Of a stretch of 64,000 nt of DNA, positions 12,160 to 22,850 are shown piece after piece (position 1 is the stretch's first letter; the number at the start of each line of letters is the position of its first letter). The notes below the pieces were generated by a model. That model did not search any database, had not been told where the DNA came from, and worked only from the letters and a program-made list of their open reading frames with translations. Made by a program: the position numbers and the translations under genes. Origin of the DNA: Squalus acanthias (Eukaryota); assembly GCA_030390025.1 (NCBI GenBank), contig JASTWF010000356.1, forward strand, positions 248,001 through 312,000, given 5' to 3'.

Positions 12160-13095
12160 TCTGTAGATGCGGCGCTGCTTAATGTTCTGTACAGCTGGAA
12201 CTGACGGTGGATTCAGTCAATCCGCTGTGTCAGTTCTGGTGGTGTAAAAATCCGTTATTGGAATCGCAGCTTCATGGTTAGAATTACTGTCTGAATGTTC
12301 AGGGTTAATGTTCTTCACTAACCTCAGAACATGTGATGCTGGTTTTGTTATTTCGGTTTTTGTTATTTTCGCTGAGTGATTTCCTCTGTTGTCAGGGTAA
12401 CAATCTGTCAGATCTCAGCACAAGAGGCCTTGGCTCCAATTTATATCCGAAAAACCTTCAAACATTCAATGTAAACTCCTATCTGTGTACTCCGCAGTCC
12501 AGGAGTAGGGACATCTTCTGAATAGTTTTAATACAATGGCCACAATATTATAATAAGATTATAAAGCTGTTGTGTAGGAGCAGTAGGTTTTATAGATACA
12601 CATAATTCGTAAAACGTCCACCTGCCACGGTTAAATAATGCTTCTTATATTGATAAAGACTGTTTCAACCCGGTGTTCGCAGATGTTCAAACATACACAC
12701 ATGTCCGCCTGCCGTTCTGGCCTCTTCCTACAGACGCAGTGAAAAGACATTCCTGTTCATCAGTTGGAGTTTTAGCAATGCCATTGAGATTCACCAGTAA
12801 TGATTTAATACTTGTTTGTAAAGCACACTTCCTGTAAGATTCACATTTACTTTTGGCCCAACTCATCTCCTGTCACATTAATTTCCTGTTACAACTCAGA
12901 CATCACAGTTCGAGTGAAACCTTTCACTCGTTCCAAATGGCAGTGGATCTACGAGTTCTAAATATAACAGACACGTTTATTCATCTTACAACTGTTTAGA
13001 GAGAGCCGTTATGTGATAGATTGTTAATATTGGTTACAGATAATAAACACATGATATAAATATGAGACAGTACAATAACATAGACAGCTAGGAAC
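12160..13095 (+). promoter_or_regulatory. Promoter-upstream segment with older paralogs in the window; contains IRF-like and ETS-like motifs
   Basis: Homologous to 25690-26052 plus 33088-33640, and to 6745-7297. Palindrome CGAGTGAAA-CC-TTTCACTCG at 12911-12930; ACTTCCTG 12827-12834; ATTTCCTGTT 12881-12890. The regulatory role is inferred. Confidence 0.4.
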
Positions 13096-13145
13096 AGTTG
13101 GATACCATTCAGGCCAGCTATCCTGTTTCGCCAATAACTAAATGA
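13075..13145 (-). mobile_element. Short decayed CR1 3'-tail fragment
   Basis: 'aacatagacagctaggaacagttggataccattcaggcc..tcctgtttcgccaat' resembles the reverse complement of the CR1 tails at ~2290-2355 and 23283-23345. Confidence 0.5.
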
Positions 13146-13149
13146 GAGC

Positions 13150-13570
13150 AGGGAAAGTAGCCTGGCTCTGTTGCCCAGGCGCAGTCTCGTTCTCTTGCTC
13201 TCACGCAGGCGCAGTCGAGCTCCCTTGCTCTCACGCAGGCGCAGACTCGCTCTCTTGCTCTCACAGAGGCGCAGTATTGCTCGCTGCCGTTATTCCGGGG
13301 ATTTCCAGTCAGCGGTCAGTTTTCCTCTTGTGCCGGACGTCCCGGGTTGATCGGTGAGAGTTTGTGAGGAGCAGGATCGCCCTCCGAGATAAAGGGGTAT
13401 CACTGCCGTTAGTGCGGGGATGTGCAGTGGGCGAATTTTCCCTGTGCTGGGCCGGTGTGCAAGTGAAGGTAAGAAACAGGATGGTTGCCCGTGTTACAGG
13501 GGCCGCGCTCTGTGACTGAGTGAACTCGGCTCCATTCAGCTCACGGCCCGACAGCGCAGCTGCTCAGCAC
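13150..13570 (+). promoter_or_regulatory. CpG-rich candidate Pol II promoter and first exon
   Basis: Local CpG enrichment; four 30-bp repeats carrying (C/G)AGGCGCAG (two read ACGCAGGCGCA, NRF1-like); GGGGATTTCC kB consensus at 13297-13306; strong donor AAG|GTAAGA at 13468/13469. Confidence 0.65.
13170..13285 (+). repeat. Four copies of a 30-bp unit (tctcttgctctcacgcaggcgcagNNNNNN)
   Basis: 'aggcgcag' at 13177, 13207, 13237 and 13267, an exact 30-bp period. Confidence 0.92.
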
Positions 13571-13580
13571 AGAGTTTACA

Positions 13581-16500
13581 TCACAGCGAGGGAGGATGGG
13601 GATTGACAGTGTCAAAGTGAGGAAGGGAGATGGGGATTCACAGTATAACAGTGAGGGAGGGAGGGGCTTCACCGTGTGACAGTGAGGGAGGGAGGGGATT
13701 CACAGTGTCACAGTGAGGGAGGGAGGGAGGGAGGGGTTATACAGTGTCACAGTGAGGGAGGGATGGGGTTCACCCTGTCACAGTGAGGGAGGGAGGGGAT
13801 TCACAGTGTCACAGTGAGGGAGGGAGGGGATTCACAGTGTCACAGTGAGGGAGGGCGGGGCTTCACCGTGTCACAGTGAGGGAGGGAGGAGATTCACAGT
13901 GTCACAGCGAGGGTGGGAGGGAGAGGATTCACAGTCTCACAGTGAGGGAGGGCGGTGCTTCAACGTGTCACAGTGAGGGAGGGCGGGGCTTTACCGTGTC
14001 ACAGTGAGGGAGGAAGGGGATTCACAGTGTCACAGTGAGTGAGGGAGGCAGAGGATTCACAGTGTCACAGTGAGTGAGAGAGGGGGTTCACAGTGTCACA
14101 GTGAGTGAGGGAGAGGCTTCACAGTGTCACAGTGAGGGAGGGAGGGGATTCACAGTTTCACAGTGAGGGAGGGAGTGGATTCACAGTGTCACAGTGAGGG
14201 AGAGAGAGGATTCACAGTGTCACAGTGAGGGAGGGGATTCACAGTCACAGTGAGGGAGGGAGGGGAGTCACAGTGTCACAGTGAGGGAGGGAGGGGATTC
14301 ACAGTGTCACAGTGAGGGAGGGAGGGGCCTCACAGTGTCACACTGAGGGAGGGAGGGGATTCACAGTGTCACAGTGAGGGAGGCAGGGGCCTCACAGTGT
14401 CACAGTGAGGGAGGGAGGGGCCTCACCGTGTCACAGTGAGGGAGGGAGGGAATTAACAGTGTCACAGTGATGTAGGGAGGGGATTCACAGTGTCACAGTG
14501 AGGGAGGGAGGGGATTCACAGTGTCACAGTGATGGAGGGAGGGGATTCACAGTGTCAAAGTGAGGGAGGGGATTCACAGTGTCACAGTGAGGGAGGGAGG
14601 GTCTCACCGTGTCACAGTGAGGGAGGGAGGGGGCGCACATTGTCACAGTGAGGGAGGGAGGGTCCTCACCGTGTCACAGTGAGGGAGGGAGGGAATTCAC
14701 ACTGTCACAGTGAGGGAGGGGATTCACAGTGTCACAGTGAGGGAGGGAGGGGCTTCACAGTGTCACAGTGAGGGAGGGAGGCGCCTCACCGTGTCACAGT
14801 GAGGGAGGCAGGCGATTCACATTGTCACAGTGAGGGAGGGAGGTGATTCACATTGTCACCGTGAGGGAGGAAAGGGATTCACAGGGTCACAGTGAGGGAG
14901 GGAGGGGCTTCACATGTCACAGTGAGGGAGGGAGGGGCCTCACCGTGTCACAGTGAGGGAGGGGATTCACAGTGTCACCGTGAGGGAGGGATGGAACTCA
15001 TAGTGTCACAGTGAGGGAGGGAGATTCCTCACCGTGTCTCAGTGAGGGAGGGAGGGGCTTCAAAGTGTCACAGTGAGGGAGGGAGGGGCTTCACAGTGTC
15101 ACAGTGAGGGAGGGAGGGGATTCACAGTGTCACAGTGAGGGAGGGGATTCACAGTGTCACAGTGAGGGAGTGAGGGGCCTCATAGTGTCACAGTGAGGGA
15201 CGGAGGGGCCTCACCGTGTCACAGAGAGAGAGTAGGGGCTTCAAAGTGTCACAGTGAGGGAGGGAGGGGCCTCATAGTCTCACAGTGAGGGAGGGAGGGG
15301 CCTCACCGTATCAAAGTGAGGGAGGGAGATGATTTACAGTGTCACAGTGAGGGAGGCAGGGGCTTCACAATGACACAGTGAGAGAGGGTGGGGATTCACA
15401 ATGTCACAGTGAGGGAGGGAGGGGATTCACAGTGTCACCGTGAGGGAGTGAGGGGCCTCATAGTGTCACAGTGAGGGAGGGAGGTTCCTCACCGTGTCAC
15501 AGTGAGGGAGGGAGGGGCTTCAAAGTGTCACAGTGAGGGAGGGAGGGGCTTCACAGTGTCACAGTGAGGGAGGGAGGGGCCTCACAGTGTCACTGTGAGG
15601 GAGGGAGGGGCTTCACAGTGTCACACTGAGGGATGGAGGGGCCTCACAGTGTCGCAGTGAGGGAGGGAGGGGATTCACAGTGTCACAGTGAGGAGGGAGG
15701 GGACCCACAGTGTCACAGTGAGGGAGGAGCTTCACAGTGTCACACTGAGAGAGGGAGGGGACTCACAGTGTTACAGTGAGGGAGGGAGGGTATTCACAGT
15801 GTCACAGTAAGGGGGGAGGTGATACAGAGTGTCACAGTGAGGGAGGGTGGGGATTCACAGTGTCACAGTGAGCGAGGGAGGGGATTCACAGTGTCACAGT
15901 GAGGGAGGGCTTTCACAGTGTCACAGTGAGGGAGGGAGCGTTCTCACAGTGTCACAGTGAGGGAGGGAGGGGCCTCATAGTGTCACAATGAGGGAGGGAG
16001 GGGCTTCAAAGTGTCACAGTGAGGGAGGGAGGAATTCACAGTGTCACCGTGAGGGAGGGAGGGGCCTCATAGTGTCACATTGAGGCAGGGAGGGTCCTCA
16101 CCGTGTCACAGTTAGGGAGGGAGGGGCTTCAAAGTGTCACAGTGAGGGAGGGAGGGGCTTCACAGTGTCACAGTGAGGGAGGGAACAGATTCACAGTGTC
16201 ACAGTGGGGGTGGGGATTCAAAGTGTCACAGTGAGGGAGGGAGGGGCCTCACAGTGTCACAGTGAGGGAGGGAGGGGACACACAGTATCACAGTGAGGGA
16301 GGGGTTTCACAGTGTCACAGTGAGGGAGTGAGGGGCTTCAAAGTGTCACAGTGAGTGAGGGAGGGTCTTCACAGTGTCACATTGATGGAGGGAGGGGCCT
16401 CAACAATGTCACAGGGAGGGAGGGAGGGGCTTCACAGTGTCACAGTGAGGGAGGGAGGGGTTTCACAATGTCACAGTGAGGGAGGGAGGGGATTCGTAGT

Positions 16501-18552
16501 GTCACCGTGAGGAAGTGAGGGGTATCATAGTGTCACAGTGAGGGAGGGAGTGTCCTCACCGTGTCACAGTGAGGGAGTGAGGGGCTTCAAAGTGTCACAG
16601 TGAGGGAGGGCCGGGCTTCACAGTGTCACAGTGAGGGAGGGAGGGGCCTCACAGTGCCACTGTGAATGAGGGAGGGGCTTCACAGTGTCACAGTGAGGGA
16701 GTGAGGGGCCTCACAGTGTCACAGTGAGGGAGGGAGGGGCATCTATTTGTCACAGTGAGGGAGGGAGGGGATTCAGAGTGTCAAAGTGATGGAGGGAGGG
16801 GCTTCACAGTGTCACATTGATGGTGGGAGGGGATTCACAGTGTCACAGTGAGGGAGGGAGGGGCTTCACAGTGTCACCGTGAGGGAGGGAGGGGCCTCAT
16901 AGTGTCACAGTGAGGGAGGGAGGGTCCTCACCGTGTCACAGTGAGGAAGGGAGGGTCTTCAAAGTGTCACAGTGGGGAAGGGAGGGGCTTCGCAGTGTCA
17001 CAGTGAGGGAGGGAGGGGATTCACAGTGTCACAGTGAGGGTGGGGATTCACAGTGTCACAGTGAGGGAGGGAGGGACCTCATAGTGTCACAGTGAGGGAG
17101 GGAGGGTCCTCACCGTGACACAGTGAGGAAGGGAGGGTCTTCAAAGTGTCACAGTGGGGAAGGGAGGGGCTTCACAGTGTCACAGTGAGGGAGGGAGGGG
17201 ATTCTCAGTGTCACAGTGAAGGAGGGGATTCACAGTGTCACAGTGAGGGAGGGAGGGGCCTCACAGTGTCACAGTGAGGGAGGGAGGGGCTTCACAGTGT
17301 CACAGTGAGGGAGGGAGGGGTATCACAATGTCAAAGTGAGGGAGGGGATTCACAGTGTCACAGTGAGGGAGGGAGGGGCATCATAGTGTCACAGTGAGGG
17401 AGGGAGGGTCCTCACCGTGTAACAGTGAGGAAGGGAGGGGCTTCAAAGTGTCACAGTGGGGAAGGGAGGGGCTTCACAGTGTCACAGTGAGGGAGGGAGG
17501 GGATTCACAGTGTCACAGTGAGGGAGGGGATTCACAGTTTCGCAGTGAGGGAGGGAGGGTCCTCACAGTGTCACAGTGAGGGAGGGAGGGGATTCACAGT
17601 GTCACAGTGAGGGAGGGAGGGGATTCACAGTGTCACAATGAGGGAGGGAGGGGCTTCACAGTGTCACAGTGAGGGAGGGAGGGGATTCACAGTGTCACAA
17701 TGAGGGAGGGGATTCACAGCGTCACAGTGAGGGAGGGAGGGGCCTCACAGTGTCACAGTGAGGGAGGGAGGGGCTTCACAGTGTCACAGTGAGGGAGGGA
17801 GTGGTATCACAATGTCAAAGTGAGGGAGGGAGTGGATTCACATTGTCACCGTGAGGGAGTGAGGCGCCTCATAGAGTCAGTGAGGGAGGTTGAGTCCTCA
17901 CCATGTCACAGTGAGGGAGGGAGGGCCTTCAAAGTGTCACAGTGAGGGAGGGAGGGGCTTCACAGTGTCACAGTGAGGGAGGGAGGGGCCTCACAGTGTC
18001 ACTGTGAGGGATGGAGGGGCTTCACAGTGTCACAGAAGGGAGGGAGGGGCCTCACAGTGTCACATTGAGGGAGGGTGTGGCTTCACATTGTCACAGTGAG
18101 GGAGGGAGGGGATTCAGAGTGTCACAGTGAGGGAGGGAGGGGCTTCACAGTGTCACAGTGAGGGAGGGAGGGGATTCAAGTGTCACAGTGAGGGAGGGAG
18201 GAACTTCACAGTGTCACAGTAAGGGAGGGAGGGGCTTCACAGTGTCACAGTGAGGGAGGGAGGGGATTCAAGTGTCACAGTGAGGGAGGGAGGAACTTCA
18301 CAGTGTCACAGTGAGGGAGGGAGGGGATTCAAGTGTCACAGTGAGGGAGGGAGGAACTTCACAGTGTCACAGTGAGGGAGGGAGGGGCTTCACAGTGTCA
18401 CAGTGAGGGAGGGAGGGGATTCAAGTGTCACAGTGAGGGAGGGAGGAACTTCACAGTGTCACAGTGAGGGAGGGAGGGGATTCAGAGTGTCACAGTGAGG
18501 GAGGGAGGAGCTTCACAGTGTCACAGTGAGGGAGGGAGGCGATTCACAGTGT
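13581..18552 (+). repeat. 31-bp G-rich minisatellite (~160 units), consensus CACAGTGTCACAGTGAGGGAGGGAGGGGATT; 27-bp variants lack one GGGA
   Basis: Directly visible tandem array with variant linkers att/ctt/cct. Confidence 0.99.
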
Positions 18553-18639
18553 TGCAGCTCCGGTTAGTAACGGCAGAGAAAATTTCCGGCTACAGCAGTG
18601 AAAAAGCGGGAGTTTCAGTTCTAATGTTTTATCTCACAG

Positions 18640-18919
18640 GGAGGGAGGTTAAAGTGTAACCGAACCGGTTAGTAACTCAGCAGAGAAACTTAGTGGAGAT
18701 TCCTGTCAGCAACAGCTCCCGGGGAATGAGCTGAACCGGCTCATAATACAGGGGCTGGTCCGGGTGTGGAGGGCGCGGTGGGTTCATCGGCAGTTTGAAC
18801 ATGAAATGGCGCATTTCCGCCCAGTGCAGTGAAAATGGGGGAATTCTCAACCTGCCGGAATTTAACGTGAGGAAAAAATCAAAACGGACAGCCCCAGAAC
18901 TGAGGGTTTGGATAGTGAA
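18640..18919 (+). other. Candidate internal exon (probably non-coding)
   Basis: Branch-like CTAAT at 18621, acceptor 'gttttatctcacag|g' and donor 'gaa|GTGAGT' at 18920. It lies in the ~390-bp unique island between two arrays and has stops in all three frames near its start. Confidence 0.45.
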
Positions 18920-18938
18920 GTGAGTTAGAATGGAAATA

Positions 18939-21360
18939 CCAGTGAGATCGGACAGTGTTTAATCCGGGGAGGATGGGCCCAGTGAGATCAGACAGTGTGT
19001 AACCCGGGGAGGATGGACCCAGTAAGATCAGATTGTGTTTAAGCCGGGCAGGATGGGCCCAGTGAGATCAGACAGTGTTTAACCCGTGGAGGATGGACCC
19101 AGTGAGATCAGACAGTGTGTAACCCGGGGAGGATGGGTCCAGTGAGATCAGACAGTGTGTAACCCGGGGAGGATGGACCCAGTGAGATCAGACAGTGTGT
19201 AACCTGGGGAGGATGGGCCCAGTGAGATCAGACAGTGTGTAACAGGGGGAGGATGGGCCCAGTGAGATCAGGCAGTGTGTAACACGGGGAGGATGGACCC
19301 AGTGCGATCCGATAGTGCGTAACACGGGGAGGATGGGCACAGTGAGATCAGACAGTGTGTAACAGGTGGAGGATGGGTCCAGTGAGATCAGGCAGTGTGT
19401 AACCCGGGGAGGATGGACCCAGTGTGAGCAGACAGTGTGTAAGCCGGGGAGGATGGGCCCAGTGAGATCAGACAGTGTGTAACAGGGGGAGGATGGGCCC
19501 AATGAGATCAGGCAGTGTGTAACCCGGGGAGGATGAGCCCAGTGAGATCAGACAGTGTTTAATCCGGGGAGGATGGGCCCAGGGAGAGCAGACAGAGTGT
19601 AACCCGGGGGGGGGGGGGCGGGGGGATTGGCCCAGTGAAATCAGACATAGTTTAACGCGTGGAGGATGAACCCAGTGAGATCAGACAGTGTGTAGGCCGG
19701 AGAATTTGGGCCCAGTGACATCAGACAATGTGTAACCCGGGGAGGATGGGCCGAGTGAGATCTAAGACTGTGTAACCCGGGGAGGACGCGCCCAGTGAGA
19801 TCAGCCAATGTTTAACCCGGGGAGGATGTGCCCAGTGAGATCAGACAGTGTGTAACCCGGCGAGGATGGGCTCAGTGAGATCAGACAGTGTGTAACCCGG
19901 GGAGGAAGTGCCCAGTGAGATCAGACAGTGTGTAACAAGGAGAGGATGAGCCCAATGTTATCAGACAGTGTGTGACGCTGTGAGGATAAGCCCAGTGAGA
20001 CTCGACAGTGTGTAACCCGGGAGGGGGGGCCAGTGAGATCAGTTCATGTGTAATCAGGGGACAATGGGCCCAATGAAATCAGACAGTGTGTAACCCGGCC
20101 AGAAAGGGCCCAGTGAGCTCAGACAGTGTGTAACGCGGGGAGGATGGGCCCAGTGAGATCAGACAGTGTGTAACGCGGGGAGGATGGGCAAGTGAGATCA
20201 GACAGTGTGTAACCCCGGGATTATGGACCCAGTGAGATCAGAGAGTGTGGAACCCGGGGAGGACGCGCCCAGTGAGATCAGACTGTGTGTAACCCGGGGA
20301 GGATGGGCTCAGTGTGATGAGACAGTGTGTTACCCGGGGAGGATGAGCCCACTGAGGGCAGATGGTGACTAAACCGAGGAGGATGGGCCCAGTATGATCA
20401 GACAATGTTTAACCCGGGGAGGATGGGCCCAGTGCTATCAGAAAGTGTATAACCCGGGGAGGATGGGCCCAATGAGATCAGACAGAGGGTAACCCTGGGA
20501 GGATGGGCCCAGTGAGATCAGTCAGTGTGTAACCCGGGGAGGATGGACCCAGTGAGATCAGACAGTGTCTAACAAGGAGAGGATGGGCCCAATGAGATCA
20601 GACAGAGGGTAACCCTGGGAGGATGGGCCCAGTGAGATCAGTCAGTGTGTAACCCGGGAAGGATGGGCCCAGTGATATCAGACAGTTCGTAACCCGGGGA
20701 GGATGGGCCCAGTGAAATCAGTCAGTGTGTAACCCGTGGAGGATGGACCCAGTAAGATCAGAGAATGTCTAACAAGTAGAGAATGGGCCAAATGAGATCA
20801 GACAGTGTGAACCCGGGGAGGATGGGCCCAGTGAGATCAGACAGTGTGTAACCCGGGGAGGATGGGCCCAGTGAGATCAAACTGTGTGTAACCCGGGGAG
20901 AAAGGACCCAGTGACATCAGACAGTGTGTAACCCGGAGAGGATGGGCCCAGTTTGATCAGAGAGTGTGTAACCCGGGGAGGTTGTAACCAGTGAGATCAG
21001 ATGTGGTTAAACCAGTGTGGTTGGGCCCAGTGCGATCAGACAGTGAGTGACCCTGAGGATAAGCGCAGTGAGACCCGACAGTGTGTAACCCGGGAGGGTG
21101 GGCCCAGTGAGATCAGTTAGTGTGTAATCAGGGGAAGATGGGCCCAATGAAATCAGACAGTGTGTAACCCAGCCAGGATGGGCCCAGTGAGCTCAGACAG
21201 CGTGTAACCCGTGCAGGATGGGCCCAGTAATATCAGACAGTGTGTAACCCAGGGATGATGGGCCCAGTGAGATCAGACAGTGTGTAACCCGTGGAGGATG
21301 GGCCCAGTGAGATCTGACAGTGTTTAACCCGGGGAGGGTGGGCCCAGTGAGAACAGACTG
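18939..21360 (+). repeat. 40-bp satellite array 2 (~60 units), same family and orientation as array 1
   Basis: Same consensus 40-mer with its own diagnostic variants. Confidence 0.99.
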
Positions 21361-22029
21361 CATCTGTCTAAATCGCAGAGTTAAAACGCAACATTTCCGC
21401 CCCAAATATTTGGTATTTCCAGGAAGTCCAGGCGGCCTGTACCGGCGCTCGTTGGAATTTGGCTGAAATGTACTGAAATACTGGGCCCTGAACCTGAAGA
21501 TTCGGAGGATCCCGGCTCTGATTCAAGCTTCTGCAATCCGGAATACACTCTCAGCTACAGCACTAGATTTCTTGTTGTTAACCGTAGCGAGACATAGAGT
21601 TTCATAAACCGCTGTATTCAACAGGGCATAAGCCTGGCGGTGTATGAAATTAGCAGGGATTATGTCACTGGTAGCGTCACTGGGCGGGAATAGCTGTGAG
21701 TTAATGCAGGAAATGCTGGGAGTTACCTCGGAAATTGACCTGCTCGGGATCCAGTCTCTCCTGTGGGAGGGTGTGAGTGCGGCTAGGGATACGGGAAAAT
21801 AAAAATTATCTCATTCTGCAGAAATATCAGCGCCATGGGCGTTGTGTGTTTGACCTGTGAAATCGGTTAATCCTTTGTTCATCATGAAGAAAAATGTAAC
21901 CGCACACTAAGGGAGCTGATCCGCTAAATTCAGATGAAATGAGCTCACAGAAGGCGGGCGGTAACTATAATATTTAACGGTCCATTCTCCAGATGGCGCA
22001 GATAATCAGCCAGGAATTGAGAGAGTACT

Positions 22030-22218
22030 TCATCTCTCTTTCCTCCTTTAAGACACTGCTTAAAACCTACAATTTTGACCAAGATTTTGGTCACCTGCCC
22101 TAATTTATCCTTATGTGGCGCGGTGTCAAAAATGTTTCTCTTCAAATGCTCCTGTGCAGCGACTCGGGAACCTTTACTACGTTAAATGTGCTATATAAAT
22201 ACAAGTTGTTGTTGTTGT
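22030..22218 (+). mobile_element. L2-type LINE 3' end with (GTT)n tail
   Basis: Encodes 'SSFKTLLKTYNFDQDFGHLP*' (L2-like ORF2 C-terminus) and ends 'gctatataaatacaagttgttgttgttg'. Confidence 0.8.
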
Positions 22219-22669
22219 AGCAATAGTTTACTTCAGACAAAGAAGAGAGCTGTAGACAGTGGGAGGAAGAAACCGGTTGTCAATAAGTGTAATTAAAACA
22301 GGGCAACGCTCCAGGAAAGTTGCTGGGTTGTCTGAGCTGATTTTATTTTCTGTCAGCTCTCTCTGCCTGAGATGCCGCTGAAAGAAAGCAAAATACGAGA
22401 GAAACAAAGACAGGTGCAGACTGGGCGGATGTGTCCTGGATGGACTTCAGCCAAGAATATAAATAAATGGCAGTGATTACAAACACCGGAGCAAGTCCCC
22501 AAAATGTGAACTACTCCTGGAAAACGCGCGTCTCTTATATGAGGAGTCTCTAACTGCGGGCTGGGGAATTATATTTTTGTGTATCAATGATTTTCGTTTT
22601 TACGAATAACTACGGGATTAATTTATATTACATTCAAATTCACACCGTCAATATTGTTCTCCTTTTCAG

Positions 22670-22850
22670 CCCTGCCAGATTTAGATTACCCGATGTATGA
22701 CGGAGTGATTGAGACAAATGCACAGCAGGAAGTAAACAGTGTTGTAGACTGAGGAACAACAGCAGTTGAACCAGCACAAGATTGTGCGGGCACCAACCAG
22801 AAAGAACCCTTCCGATTCAAAGAGCTTCCAGAGATCGACTGGGGAGAAAG
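22670..22850 (+). other. Candidate 181-bp exon, possibly a coding pseudo-exon with one in-frame TGA
   Basis: Acceptor 'ttgttctccttttcag|c' and donor 'aag|GTAAGA'. One frame reads LPDLDYPMYDGVIETNAQQEVNSVVD*GTTAVEPAQDCAGTNQKEPFRFKELPEIDWGE. Confidence 0.55.

Noticed and set aside
13290..18552. Ig class-switch-like layout (promoter, non-coding exon, G-rich repeat) or antigen-receptor locus
   Set aside because: No V, J or C exons or RSS nonamers found, and AGCT hotspots are rare in the 31-mer. Only the G-skew is shared.
21953..21983. 'ggcgggcggtaactataatatttaacggtcc' resembles the LSU rRNA/I-CeuI region (GGCGGCCGTAACTATAACGGTCC)
   Set aside because: It needs a 7-nt insertion and the flanks show no rRNA similarity; probably chance.
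22357..22413. Possible small exon with ATG (MPLKESKIREKQRQ)
   Set aside because: The acceptor is plausible but the donor GTGCAG is weak, and its phase does not join the open frame of 22670-22850.
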